A DNA stretch of 64,000 bases, taken from positions 85,730-149,729 of the forward strand of contig JAOPTX010000042.1 of the NCBI GenBank assembly GCA_051532055.1, given 5' to 3'. The notes below the pieces were generated by a model that saw only the letters and a list, made by a program, of their open reading frames with translations, was not told where the DNA came from and ran no database searches. Position numbers and translations under genes: made by a program. Positions 20,845-31,900 of this stretch are shown here, in pieces (position 1 is the first letter of the stretch; each line of letters opens with the position of its first letter). The DNA comes from Fibrobacterales bacterium (lineage in GTDB: Bacteria; Fibrobacterota; Fibrobacteria; Fibrobacterales; JAOPTW01).

Positions 20845-21321
20845 CTAGAGAAATTCCACTTCTGATACGGTGTATTCCACGGCACCTCTCGGTGTGTTTA
20901 CAGTTACCGTATCACCAGCAACCTTAAACATGAGTTCTTTACCCATGGGTGAATCCATTGAAATACGGCCATTGATGGCATCCACTTCAGCTGAACCAAC
21001 AAGAGTGTATGTCGAAGATTTCCCAGTATTTTTACTGAGAAGCGTGGCTGTTGCTCCAAATCGAATTTTTCCATCATCAGATTTTACGGCATCAACGATT
21101 ATCGAACCATCTAAAATACGATCAAGTTTTTTGAGACGCTGATCAATGTCACGAAGTCTCATTTTACCATAAGTATACGCAGCATTCTCAGATCGATCTC
21201 CTTCAGCAGCAGCAGCTTGTACCTGACGCTTCATTTCAGGACGTTGCACAAACTTCAAGTCATGCCATTCGGCCTTTAGGGTCTCAAATCCTGCTCTACT
21301 CAGGTGATTATCGGGTTTCAT
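20845..21321 (-). CDS. greB: Transcription elongation factor GreB (GreA/GreB family)
   Basis: 'AAAEGDRSENAAYTYGKMRLRDIDQR', 'ISMDSPMGKEL', 'TPRG'; the ATG at 21321 gives 158 aa (ORF track starts at 21339). Confidence 0.82.
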   Translation of the reverse strand: MKPDNHLSRAGFETLKAEWHDLKFVQRPEMKRQVQAAAAEGDRSENAAYTYGKMRLRDIDQRLKKLDRILDGSIIVDAVKSDDGKIRFGATATLLSKNTGKSSTYTLVGSAEVDAINGRISMDSPMGKELMFKVAGDTVTVNTPRGAVEYTVSEVEFL

Positions 21322-21434
21322 GTATAAGTCTAATTTCAATGTTACGGTCTAAATATAGCCAGAAATTCTGTGTTACGAGGGAATCAAATATTCAATTCCC
21401 CGTTGCTACATTCTAAGAGAATTGAGGTGTTGTC

Positions 21435-24287
21435 TTAATTAATTTGTGGAACAATACTTTGAGGGGTATAGTGAGGCAGCTCCAATGAGTCTCCATCCCA
21501 CCTAAAATATCGTATATAATCAAGTTCTATAGTTTGAGCACCATTAGGAAAGTCGCTCATCCAACTCGCCCATGTATACCCAATTGAGAGGTAGAAATTT
21601 TCTGTCGGTACTTGAATAATTCCCATACCAGTGGCAGTTTCTTCTGTATAGAGTATTGTTTTATCATCTATCGTCATACTCAGCGTGTCTGGTTTCCAAA
21701 TTAAGGTGACATCATGCCATCTGTTATCTACAGGTGTATCATCAAATGAGACGGATTTAAAATATATTGAATTCCAAACTTTTTCATTGATATCGCCAAT
21801 CCCAAATGGATTATATAGACTAAGACTATTCAGGTTATAACCTTCTTCATCAAACTGAATCAAACAATCGATATATGAATAATATTTTGTTGTATCAATT
21901 GCTTGAAGAGAAAGATCAATAGAAGTCCACCCTGAAATAGATTCTGGAGCTTTATATCTAAATTGATAGGTACCATATCGGAAGTCGGGAAATATAGAGC
22001 GCATAATGCCACTCGAGTAATCTGCTCCCATGTTCATCGTTATAATTACTGATGAATCGGTATAGGTAAAGTTTTCAGGTCGAGACTGAAGTTTAGGTCC
22101 ATGCTGATATGAAGAAATTTGCCAGATAGAGTCCTGTGGATTGATCGAATCCGTCAAAAGAATAGGCGTATTAAATTCTTCATTGAGATAAAGTGTATGC
22201 CCAGGAATATTAAAGCCTGATAACACACTTTGGCTTACGGTCACTTTGTTGTGGTCATCATCAGTAACGGTAACCATCACGAAGTAGGTATCGTAGGTTG
22301 GAAAGGTATAGGTAACATTGTTACTCGTTGTGGTAGAGTCTATAACAGAGTCACCATCAAAATCCCATGCATAGGATATAATCGACCCAAACTGTTGTGT
22401 GTGTGATACTGAATAGGTAAAGGTTCGGGACTCTTGCGTTTTATTGACATGAAGAGTACAAAGAGGAATGTCTAGTAGGACCGTGATATGGGTTGAATCT
22501 GAAATAGTATTACCCTCATCATCCGTAATTGTGTAATAGATCGGGTTACTTGAGGTTGGCGTTGATGGGGCTTGTATTTGAATTGTTTGTGATGGAGCAC
22601 TATACACAGTATGGGTAGTATCACCATTTGTAAGTATATCGATGAATAATGAAGTACCTAAACTATCCCATAGAGTCACGGTTAATGTGATACTATCATT
22701 TATTGAGACTGCACTATCGCTTAATTCAAAATGTGTTATTTGTGGGTCACCAGTTATAACAGAAATTGTCACTGAATCTAATACACTATTGTTGTCATCG
22801 TCAGTCACTCTCAGATAATAACTGTGCGAGCCTATTGTAGTGGTGGGTTCAATGGTAATCCTTTCGGCTGTAACTTCAATCCAAAAGGGAGAGGTGACTT
22901 CCTTGATAGCATATTGTGTTATGGTTCCTAAGGAGTCATGTGCGCTCCAAGTAAATGAGATAGAGTCTTTGACGGTATATACAGAATCTGAAGAGAAAGA
23001 GGTGATTGACGGTAGGTCTCTGATAGATGAAACGAGAATGGTATCAGAAACTCTATTTGAATCACGGTCAGTAATTGTCACGATAAGGGGAGCATTAGTT
23101 ATCAGGGTATCGGGAAGAGTGATGGTAAAGAGGGTGTCGCTAACAGGAGCAGTAAGACCATTATTAAATGCATATTCCCGGCTAATGATTCCTGTATTCA
23201 TGCCGGTCCCCAGTGAGTCTTTTTCTGAAAATGTTACAATAAGCAGGTCACTGGGGCTTAATGTGGGAATTGCATGGAGTGTGATAGATGGTTTACTATT
23301 CCAGGCATCAAAAGGGGGGATGGTAATGTGAGATATACTGTCAGTAAGTGGTAACTGAAACCAGCCTGTTCCATAGGTGTTTGTGTCGCGCACAGTGATA
23401 GATGCTGTATAACTCGATGTAATAACTATAGAATCAATAACTTGATAGACGGCTAGTTGTGGATTCCATGTTGGAGTGAGGACTCGTATATCCGACGAAT
23501 CCTGGGTAGAAAGGGTTATTGTTATAGAGGTTGCAGCAACGTGATTATTATTAAATGTTCCCGATAGGGTGACTTCTCTATGGGTGGGCTCTGGAGGGGC
23601 AATAGTATCTGTAGGTAGAGGTTTTGGAGCGAGTGCAAGAAGCGTTTCTTTTTCTAGGGGCACCATGTCAGCCAACAATAGGTATGGAGTCGGGTGATCT
23701 CTGCGTAATAGAGTGTCCAAAATGGTTTGTATAAATAAGAGGGTATCACTTTCAGAGTTTCGTACAAGCTGATAAAACCGGTTTAGTGAGTCTGGTCCCA
23801 GTGAGAGCATGTGGTTTACCATGATTGAGTCAAAGAGCGTTTGATTATAGACAGAAGTAGCTCCTTTTAAGCGAAAATATTCATTAAGTGAATTAAGCAC
23901 GAGTGTGTCTTTTTCTGTAACCCCAGTGAGGGTATTTGAGCCCATTGAAAAAGATTTGTCACCACGGATTACTGCTGAGTGTCCCGAATATACAGTATAA
24001 GATACAGTCACTAGAGATGACTCATCGGCGTAAATGGGGAAGGTGATATGAACCACATCCATAAGAGAATCTTGAGGTGTAATAGCGAGAGCTTCAGGGT
24101 AAACAATGGTATCTATATGAGTGGTTTCATAGTTTAAACTAACAGATATGCTATCAATCTGAAAAGTATTTTCTTTAGTTATAGAGAGAACGTAATCTCG
24201 CTCGGTTATAGTTGAGTTCTGGAAGCAACCAATAAAGAAGAAGGAACATAGCGTCAAAATAATGCTATACATTGGAAAAGTGGTCAT
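21435..24287 (-). CDS. Large lipoprotein: Ig/PKD-like repeats plus C-terminal GH16-like jelly roll lacking the canonical catalytic motif
   Basis: 'FFIGC' lipobox; repeated 'V(T/R)D.D.N...D(S/T)'; PKD-like 'SYAWDFDGD'; 'FRYGTYQFRYK', 'WHDVTLIWKPD', 'LDYIRYF'. Confidence 0.7.
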   Translation of the reverse strand: MTTFPMYSIILTLCSFFFIGCFQNSTITERDYVLSITKENTFQIDSISVSLNYETTHIDTIVYPEALAITPQDSLMDVVHITFPIYADESSLVTVSYTVYSGHSAVIRGDKSFSMGSNTLTGVTEKDTLVLNSLNEYFRLKGATSVYNQTLFDSIMVNHMLSLGPDSLNRFYQLVRNSESDTLLFIQTILDTLLRRDHPTPYLLLADMVPLEKETLLALAPKPLPTDTIAPPEPTHREVTLSGTFNNNHVAATSITITLSTQDSSDIRVLTPTWNPQLAVYQVIDSIVITSSYTASITVRDTNTYGTGWFQLPLTDSISHITIPPFDAWNSKPSITLHAIPTLSPSDLLIVTFSEKDSLGTGMNTGIISREYAFNNGLTAPVSDTLFTITLPDTLITNAPLIVTITDRDSNRVSDTILVSSIRDLPSITSFSSDSVYTVKDSISFTWSAHDSLGTITQYAIKEVTSPFWIEVTAERITIEPTTTIGSHSYYLRVTDDDNNSVLDSVTISVITGDPQITHFELSDSAVSINDSITLTVTLWDSLGTSLFIDILTNGDTTHTVYSAPSQTIQIQAPSTPTSSNPIYYTITDDEGNTISDSTHITVLLDIPLCTLHVNKTQESRTFTYSVSHTQQFGSIISYAWDFDGDSVIDSTTTSNNVTYTFPTYDTYFVMVTVTDDDHNKVTVSQSVLSGFNIPGHTLYLNEEFNTPILLTDSINPQDSIWQISSYQHGPKLQSRPENFTYTDSSVIITMNMGADYSSGIMRSIFPDFRYGTYQFRYKAPESISGWTSIDLSLQAIDTTKYYSYIDCLIQFDEEGYNLNSLSLYNPFGIGDINEKVWNSIYFKSVSFDDTPVDNRWHDVTLIWKPDTLSMTIDDKTILYTEETATGMGIIQVPTENFYLSIGYTWASWMSDFPNGAQTIELDYIRYFRWDGDSLELPHYTPQSIVPQIN

Positions 24288-24470
24288 AGGTCTACCTTAT
24301 GGTGAAAGCGACCCCAAAATAGTAATTTCTGAAGATGATGTACTTGGTATTTTGTTAGTTTTCAGAGTGAAAGTCATCAAGGGTAATACTCCTTGAAGAT
24401 TTAGTTAAAAAAACTCAATTAAAAATAAGCAAATAATTGTTTGGGACTTTCTTAAAAAAGATATACTTAA

Positions 24471-25781
24471 ATGATTGTTCTTTTGGTACCAGCTATGTTT
24501 TTTAAAACCCTTATCGGGGGTATACTCCTTGTTTCATTGGTTCAATGTACCTCGTTATTACACGACAATGAACCCAAAACTACCAATCAACCCCTTTTAC
24601 ATAAAATATCATCAGTGATGGATAGCTATTATTTGTGGTATGAAGAAATTAACTGGGTAGACGTATCCGAATACTCTGATAGTGACCCACAAGAGTATGT
24701 TACGGCACTTTCTTATAATAGTCCCGGTCCAGACAAGTGGAGTTTTATTCTCGATAAAGAGACGTATATTGAACATTATGAAAAAGGTGAAGGTGTTGGA
24801 TTTGGCGCTACCTTTTCGAGAGTATCAACCGATTACCTTGTATTTGCACAAGTAATGGCAGAATCTCAACTAGGAAAAGCAGGAGTGCGTCGCGGTGATA
24901 CTCTCATATCACTTAATGGAAAAGATGTTAAAAAGCTCGTACGCGAAAAGATTTTTGGAAAAGAAGTTGGGCCTGATGAAGAAGGGTATAGCCTTTCAAT
25001 GAGCATTCAGACTACATCTGGAGTAATAATTAACAAGGACTTTTCTAAAGAAAAACTTCTCATTCCTGTTATACCTCTGGCAACGGTTATTGAGGCACCA
25101 ATGAACACTATTGGGTACTTAGTTTTTAATAGTTTTATGGATTTCTCAATACCACACCTCGATACAGTGTTTGAATATTTTGCTGATGAACGTGTCTCTG
25201 AAGTTATTATAGATTTGCGTTATAATGGTGGCGGTGCTCTTTCTGTAGCGTCTCATATTGCAGGCTACTTACTACCCACAAATTATGATGGAGCCACGAT
25301 TACACTCTCTGCAAATGACAAACATCCCGAAATTGACACAACATACACCCTCCAGGCTCACTCAAATACTATTGACCCCAAAAAAGTGGTGATTATAACG
25401 AGTGGCCATACCGCCTCAGCGAGTGAATTCCTCATTATGGCCTTAAAAGAGCACATTGATCTTTCAATAGTGGGTCAAAAAACAGCGGGTAAACCAGTTG
25501 GAATGTACAGCTTTGATCTCGAAACTCACATGTTTTTCCCTATCTCTTTTATTGGTGGTAGTGGAGGAGAAGACTGGGATTTCTATGACGGAATTGATGT
25601 GTCTGTTACAGCACAAGACGATCTGCTTCATACATTAGGCTCCGAAGACGAAGAGGTGCTCGCCGCTTCTTTAGCATTAATAATGGGGAGTTCTACCTCG
25701 GCACTATTTAAAAAAACAATTGAGCATCCTATTAATCAAGATTTCAACACAGGATTTCACTCAATAAGAGGGTTCTTTTAA
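24471..25781 (+). CDS. S41 family peptidase with PDZ domain (probable lipoprotein)
   Basis: 'AGVRRGD' (PDZ), 'IGYLVFNSF', 'IIDLRYNGGG', 'TASASE', 'GQKTAGK'. Confidence 0.9.
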   Translation: MIVLLVPAMFFKTLIGGILLVSLVQCTSLLHDNEPKTTNQPLLHKISSVMDSYYLWYEEINWVDVSEYSDSDPQEYVTALSYNSPGPDKWSFILDKETYIEHYEKGEGVGFGATFSRVSTDYLVFAQVMAESQLGKAGVRRGDTLISLNGKDVKKLVREKIFGKEVGPDEEGYSLSMSIQTTSGVIINKDFSKEKLLIPVIPLATVIEAPMNTIGYLVFNSFMDFSIPHLDTVFEYFADERVSEVIIDLRYNGGGALSVASHIAGYLLPTNYDGATITLSANDKHPEIDTTYTLQAHSNTIDPKKVVIITSGHTASASEFLIMALKEHIDLSIVGQKTAGKPVGMYSFDLETHMFFPISFIGGSGGEDWDFYDGIDVSVTAQDDLLHTLGSEDEEVLAASLALIMGSSTSALFKKTIEHPINQDFNTGFHSIRGFF

Positions 25782-25914
25782 ATAAATATAAGGCCACAAT
25801 AAATTTCGCTGTATTGAAATGTGATCCATTTGGGTTACTTTAGCTGAAACAACTTTACTTTTACCTGAATATGGTGATATACTAGTACAAATATTAGACG
25901 TTTGAGATCAGTAA

Positions 25915-28900
25915 GTGCCGTATAAAGCAGTTCTGTTATTATTTCTATTTTGTTCTATACTCAAGGCAGACCAGACTTGGTTACAAACTGATTGGTCCGG
26001 TGGCTCTGGTCAAAATGAGTGGATAGTAATAAATCAATACTTAAGTGATGACTCTCAGTTACATACTGATGATGTGGGTGAGCTCGGTATAACGTTTAGT
26101 GTTCAAAACGGTGATGGTTCAGATGGTAATGTCACTATTTCAACGGTCAATCAGATAGTTAATACTTATTCTGCAATTTCATCAACGAACACAGCCGCAG
26201 CTCAAAAACAAGTTGTAGTTCAAGATGGATCTCTATTTAGTGTTGGTGACGAAGTACTTCTCATCCAAATGCAACAATATACTAATGATAATTCGAGTAC
26301 TGCGGGCACTTATGAATTTGCTCATATATCATCTATTAGTACTAACACCTTAACATTCGTAATTAATTTATCCTATGCCTATTACTCGGGAAACTTTGAT
26401 ATGGCACAGGCTAACGCAGCTCAAGTTATCCGTGTCCCTAATTATAATAACCTCACGATAAGTACCGCTGCATCCATTACGGGGAGCCCATGGAATGGTA
26501 CCACTGGCGGAGTAGTTGCCTTTAGAGTTAAAGAGAATTTTATCGCTTCTGGTGCTACGGTCACGGCAGATACTCTCGGTTTTCGCGGTGGGGCGGGTGG
26601 GGCGGGGAATGAAGCAAAAGGCTGGGAGGGCGAAGGAATACTCGGGAAAGATATGGCTGAAGGTGATGGTGATGGCTGTAACCCTTGTAATAGTTATCCC
26701 ACTGGGATTAACAATGGTGGGTCTGGAGGGTTTGGGAGATCAATTTATGGTGGTGGAGGTGCCGGTGGTGGACACGCGGTTGCAGGTCAAAATGGGGGAG
26801 CTAAATATATTGATCAACTCGCACGGGGAGGAATTGCTGTGGGGAATGCTGCGATGACCACTATATTTATGGGTGGTGGCGGCGGCGGCGGCGGTGACGA
26901 CGACAATCAACATAATAACATGGTTGACCCGAGCAACGATAGATACTTTTATCATATGTATGGTGGTCGCGGTGGCGGCATCATCATGATATATGCAAAA
27001 ACAATGACGGGTGGAACGTTAACAACCAAAGGACAATCCCGTCAAACTCCTTGGGTAAGTAACGGAGCCGCCGAAGGGAGTGGTGGTGCCGGAGGAAGTA
27101 TAAGAATACAAGCTAAAGATATCAGTAGTGTTACTCTTGATGTTTCTGGTGGTGATGGAGAAAATGACTATGAACAGATTACCGCTGGCTGGGGTGGTGA
27201 CGGTTCAAATGGGCGAATGCTTTTGGAGTATAGTAGTAAAACGAGTATTGTTAATCAGACGGGAATCAATGGGGCAAACCAATCAATTAGTGAAGCTACC
27301 TTAGGTGCTTATGAATCAGCAGAGGTCGTATCATCCATTTTAGATATGCAATCACTACCAGGAACTCTGTTTGGACCCATGAGTGCAAACTGGACAGCAA
27401 CACTTAATGGTGGAGTAGTTAAAGTATATCTACGCACGGCGTTAACTGAAGGAGCTATACCGGGTAAAGCATGGACTCAAATTGAAAAGAATGTGATTGT
27501 TGATTACTCTGGTGACATTGATTATAATGATAGGTATGTACAGTATCGCGCACTATTACAAGTCGGTACAGAGTCACCCGTTCTGAATGATATCACAATT
27601 ACCCTTGGTGATGTTGTTACGCCTCCTACTACACCTGATTCACTTTTTATCTATGGCGATTCGCTTTTTACTCCAGAAGATGAGATATTAAGTAGTGATA
27701 GTATCGGCTGGAATACTCCAACAGGGTTTCCTGTTAACGCATTAACCTATGAATTTGAAATAGCTTCAGATGCTTCTAATTGGGTAGGGACAAGTCTATA
27801 CAGTGAAAATATTGGAGCTGATACTCAGATTGATTTAGATACTATGTCTATTTCTTTTGTTGAAAATAGTCGGTATTTCTGGAGAGTGAGGGCTGTGCAC
27901 CCTGATGCCTCAATGTCTTCATGGACAGGTGACCTACAATCATTTTATATTAATAATGTGAACAGTGCCCCACATTCTAATACCCTCCATGAACCAACAG
28001 GGTACGAAATATTAAAAAGTACCGATACAATCACCTTTAGAGCTCTTGACGTCGATTCAATCAGTAATACACCCGACATTTTAACTTACACTATCGATCT
28101 CAGTCTTAATAAATCATTCACCCTTATTGCAAGTTCATATAGCACAACAGATACCTTTGCAGTTATGGGTTCATTTGGGGTGTTAGTAAACGATCAACTC
28201 TATTTTATGAGAGTGCGCGTACAAGATGACGGGGGAGAATCTGGACCGACAATCACCCTATCAGACAGTATACGTTACCTTTTTGAAGGAAACACCCCTC
28301 CTCCGGTACCCTCATTTACTGGTGTTTCAGAAGATGATATGATAATAGAAACAGACGTGATTCAATGGAGCACTTCTATAGATCCCGATGCAAACCCAGT
28401 ACTTTATACTATAGAGGGGAGAAGTGATGTTAACGCTGCCGCAGTCTATTACAGCACTGGTATTTCAGCGACTTCAGCAACGATTGCTCAACTCATTACT
28501 GCTGATTCTTTGGGCGCAACAATTGCTACCTTTAATGATAAGAATCTCTCACTCCGGATTAAAGCAACCGATAGTTACAATGAATCGTCAAACTGGTCTG
28601 GTTGGATGCGCCTCCATTTTAACGCAGTCAATGACACTCCCTCAGTAGCTAGTATTACCGCTCCAACAGATAATCAATTTTTCAGACCTCCACAATCAAT
28701 AACATGGAACTCTTCATTTCATGGTGATCAGCGTGAAGATTCATATTTTAGTCTTGAACTGGGTAATGCATCTGATTTTAATGTTATTATTGAATCGGAT
28801 ACTCTCGCTGAATCCGTGCACGATAAACAACTATCGACGTTCACAAAACTCGATCAGCTCATTGCAAATCAAGAGTATTATCTTCGCCTCAAGTCATATG

Positions 28901-31900
28901 ATGCCTCAGGAAATAGTTTTGGTTATTCTCAAGTTAAATCATTTACCTATCTCATCGATTCACTTTTTGCACCGGCTACACTCTACAGCTCCCCAGGAAT
29001 ATCATTTGTATCAGGTAACGAGTTTAGTGCAGAAAGTAGTGTAGGGTGGAGTTATTCTGGTGTATATTCCTATGGTTTTTTAACCTATGAACTTATCATT
29101 GATAATGATGCTTCTTTTGGATCTCCAGAAGTACGCGATACTCTCACTGATACAACTGCTGTATTTACAAGTCTCACAGGGAACGCCTCTCTCGTCGATA
29201 ATCAATTTTATTATTGGATCGTTAAAGAAATTCATCCAGATGGTACAAGCTCTAACTATACCGACCCAACCTCATCATTTTTTTATAATCCTATTAATCA
29301 AGCACCAACATTACCAACGAATATATCACCCTTACCATTAAACAATTTAGAACTGTATGTCACCTCTGACTCACTCTTTAGGTTTTATTCAACTGACGCT
29401 GATTCCCTCGGTAATACACCCGACCTTTATAGCTATACTATTCAAGTTTCTACTGATTCTCTTTTTGCTCAAATCATTTCTACAATACCTGGTGTTTTAG
29501 AAGATAGTTATGTAATTGGAAGTGTCCCCGGTCTCCAAGATAGCACTGAATATTTTTGGCGGGTTTTTACGACCGATAGTCATGGAGCGTCATCAGATAC
29601 CGCAGGAACATTCTCTTTTACGTATCTCATGACAAACACCCCACCTTCAGTGGTTCAATTTATTACACTCCCTGATAGTACCATTGTTGACTCTACCACG
29701 TTATTTAAATGGAATCGCTCCTTTGACCCAGAAGGTTCATCAATCCGATATTTCGTGGAGTTTACTCAAGACACTACCCGTTTTAGTTTTAATATAATAT
29801 CCGAAGTGACTGATACTACATACACTTATAGTGAATTGATCACTTTTAATACCATTAAAAAAGTACTAACCACAGACACCCTCGATAATGATGTTTATAT
29901 AGATACAACAACGTCACTGAGTTTTGACGATCAAACCCTCTATCTACGTATTTATTCAATTGATCAATTTAACATTAGATCTATAGCCTCTTCATGGACC
30001 ACGCTCTTTATTGATAGTGAAAATGACACCCCTACTCAAATACAGTTAAAACAACCTCTTGATGACTCTATAGATCTTTTTGAAACACAACTAATTACGT
30101 ATACACAATCAACCGATCCTGATCGATTTGATACACTTTATTACGAAGTAGAGATTTCTAAAACCGTTGACTTCTCTACTTTAATGGGGAGCGCTACAAC
30201 GGCCAAAGGCGATACTGCAATTGGATTTACCGAGTTTACCTTGACTGAACAGTTCGCAAATGGCGACTACTATTATGTACGGGTACGGGGACGAGACAAT
30301 GCTGGGAATAGCGCGGGGTATACGAACCCTCGGCCATTTAAATATTCAGCTAATAATTCTCGGCCTACCACTCCTGTAATCACTACACCTGCCGACACTG
30401 CAAACACATTTGGTCCTACTGGTCTTATTACATGGAGTACAGCGACCGACCCCGAAGGTGACTTGGTAACCTATGAGCTGGTAATTGTACCGAGTGATTC
30501 TTCCTTTCCTGCCATATTAGAGAACGGATTGAGTTTTGCAACAAGCATAACAAATACTACTTATACATTGTATAAGAGCACACACTACGAACATCTTCAA
30601 AGCGGAACCCTTTATGCCGCCTACGTACGATCAGTTGATGCTTTTAATGCACCATCAAGTCCATCCGAACCACGATACTTTTGGTATTTCTCAACAAAAC
30701 CAGGAGCGGTTACCCTTCACTCACCTGTCGATTCTACAGAAGGGGATGGTACACTCAGACTCACGTGGAGTCGCGCTGTAGACACCGATGCAGGTGTAAA
30801 CGACACAATACGGTATGATATCCTTCTTTCCCAATCTCCTAATTATTCAGACACAGCCTTAAGAGTTAGTGTAGTTGGAGATACTTCGGCTGCCCTTCAG
30901 GATTTACCAGGGATGAATGATTTAGTTGAAGATCGCTATTATTACTGGAAGGTCTTTGCTGTAGATCCTCATGGTGAAGTGAGTGAATCAAGTCTTACCA
31001 AACTATTCTTTTATAATCTCGGTAATCAGAAACCTAATGTCCCTGATAGCCTTCGCTATTTAAAAAGTGACTCCCTCTTTCTTTTTGATGAACTCTTTTG
31101 GTGGGCAACTGACCCTGACATTAGCGATAATGGCAAGCTTGTCTATGACCTACAAATTGATGATTCAGATGTATTTCAATCCCCAATACAGTTTAGCAAT
31201 ATACCACAAGAGTTTGTTGCGCTCAACTATAACGCAGAAACCTTACAACTTCAAAAAAACCACGAATACTTTTGGAAAGTTCGAGCTCGTGACCCAGCTG
31301 GGGAGACGTCGGCCTATACAGCCACACTAATGTCATTTGTTTATATGGGTTTTGATAGTACCATGTTTGACATTTCTACAATATATACTCCATCACGTAG
31401 TGTCTTTGTACATACGGATTCGCTCTTTTGGAAACCAGTTACTCATTTAAATAGTAAATATATTGTACGCCTCTATGATGGATCCACAGGAGGCCTTATC
31501 GGTGTTGACACCATATATGCCTCTGAACTAAGTACCTACCGTTATAATGACTCCAGCATGTATATCCCATTACTGGCAGTATTGCCTGATTCTCTATATA
31601 CAGCAGAGAAGTTCTTTAATTGGAGTGTTCAAGCAGCTTCAGATACTCATGACCCTACTTATGGAACAGTAGTTTCTCATTATTTTTATTTAGGCAAAAA
31701 GGAGAAGCTTCAAGATAACAATAGAACCAGTGCATGGATTCTCCCTAAAGATAGTGTCATTCTCTATTCAGCCGATTCGCTTCTTAACGTTTCCATTCCA
31801 CAGCATTCATTTAAGGATACATTTGGTGTGGCTTTTGATAGCGTAGGCCTCTTTTTACAAGAACTCCTTCTCGATACGTCATCTCAATACACTACCGAAA

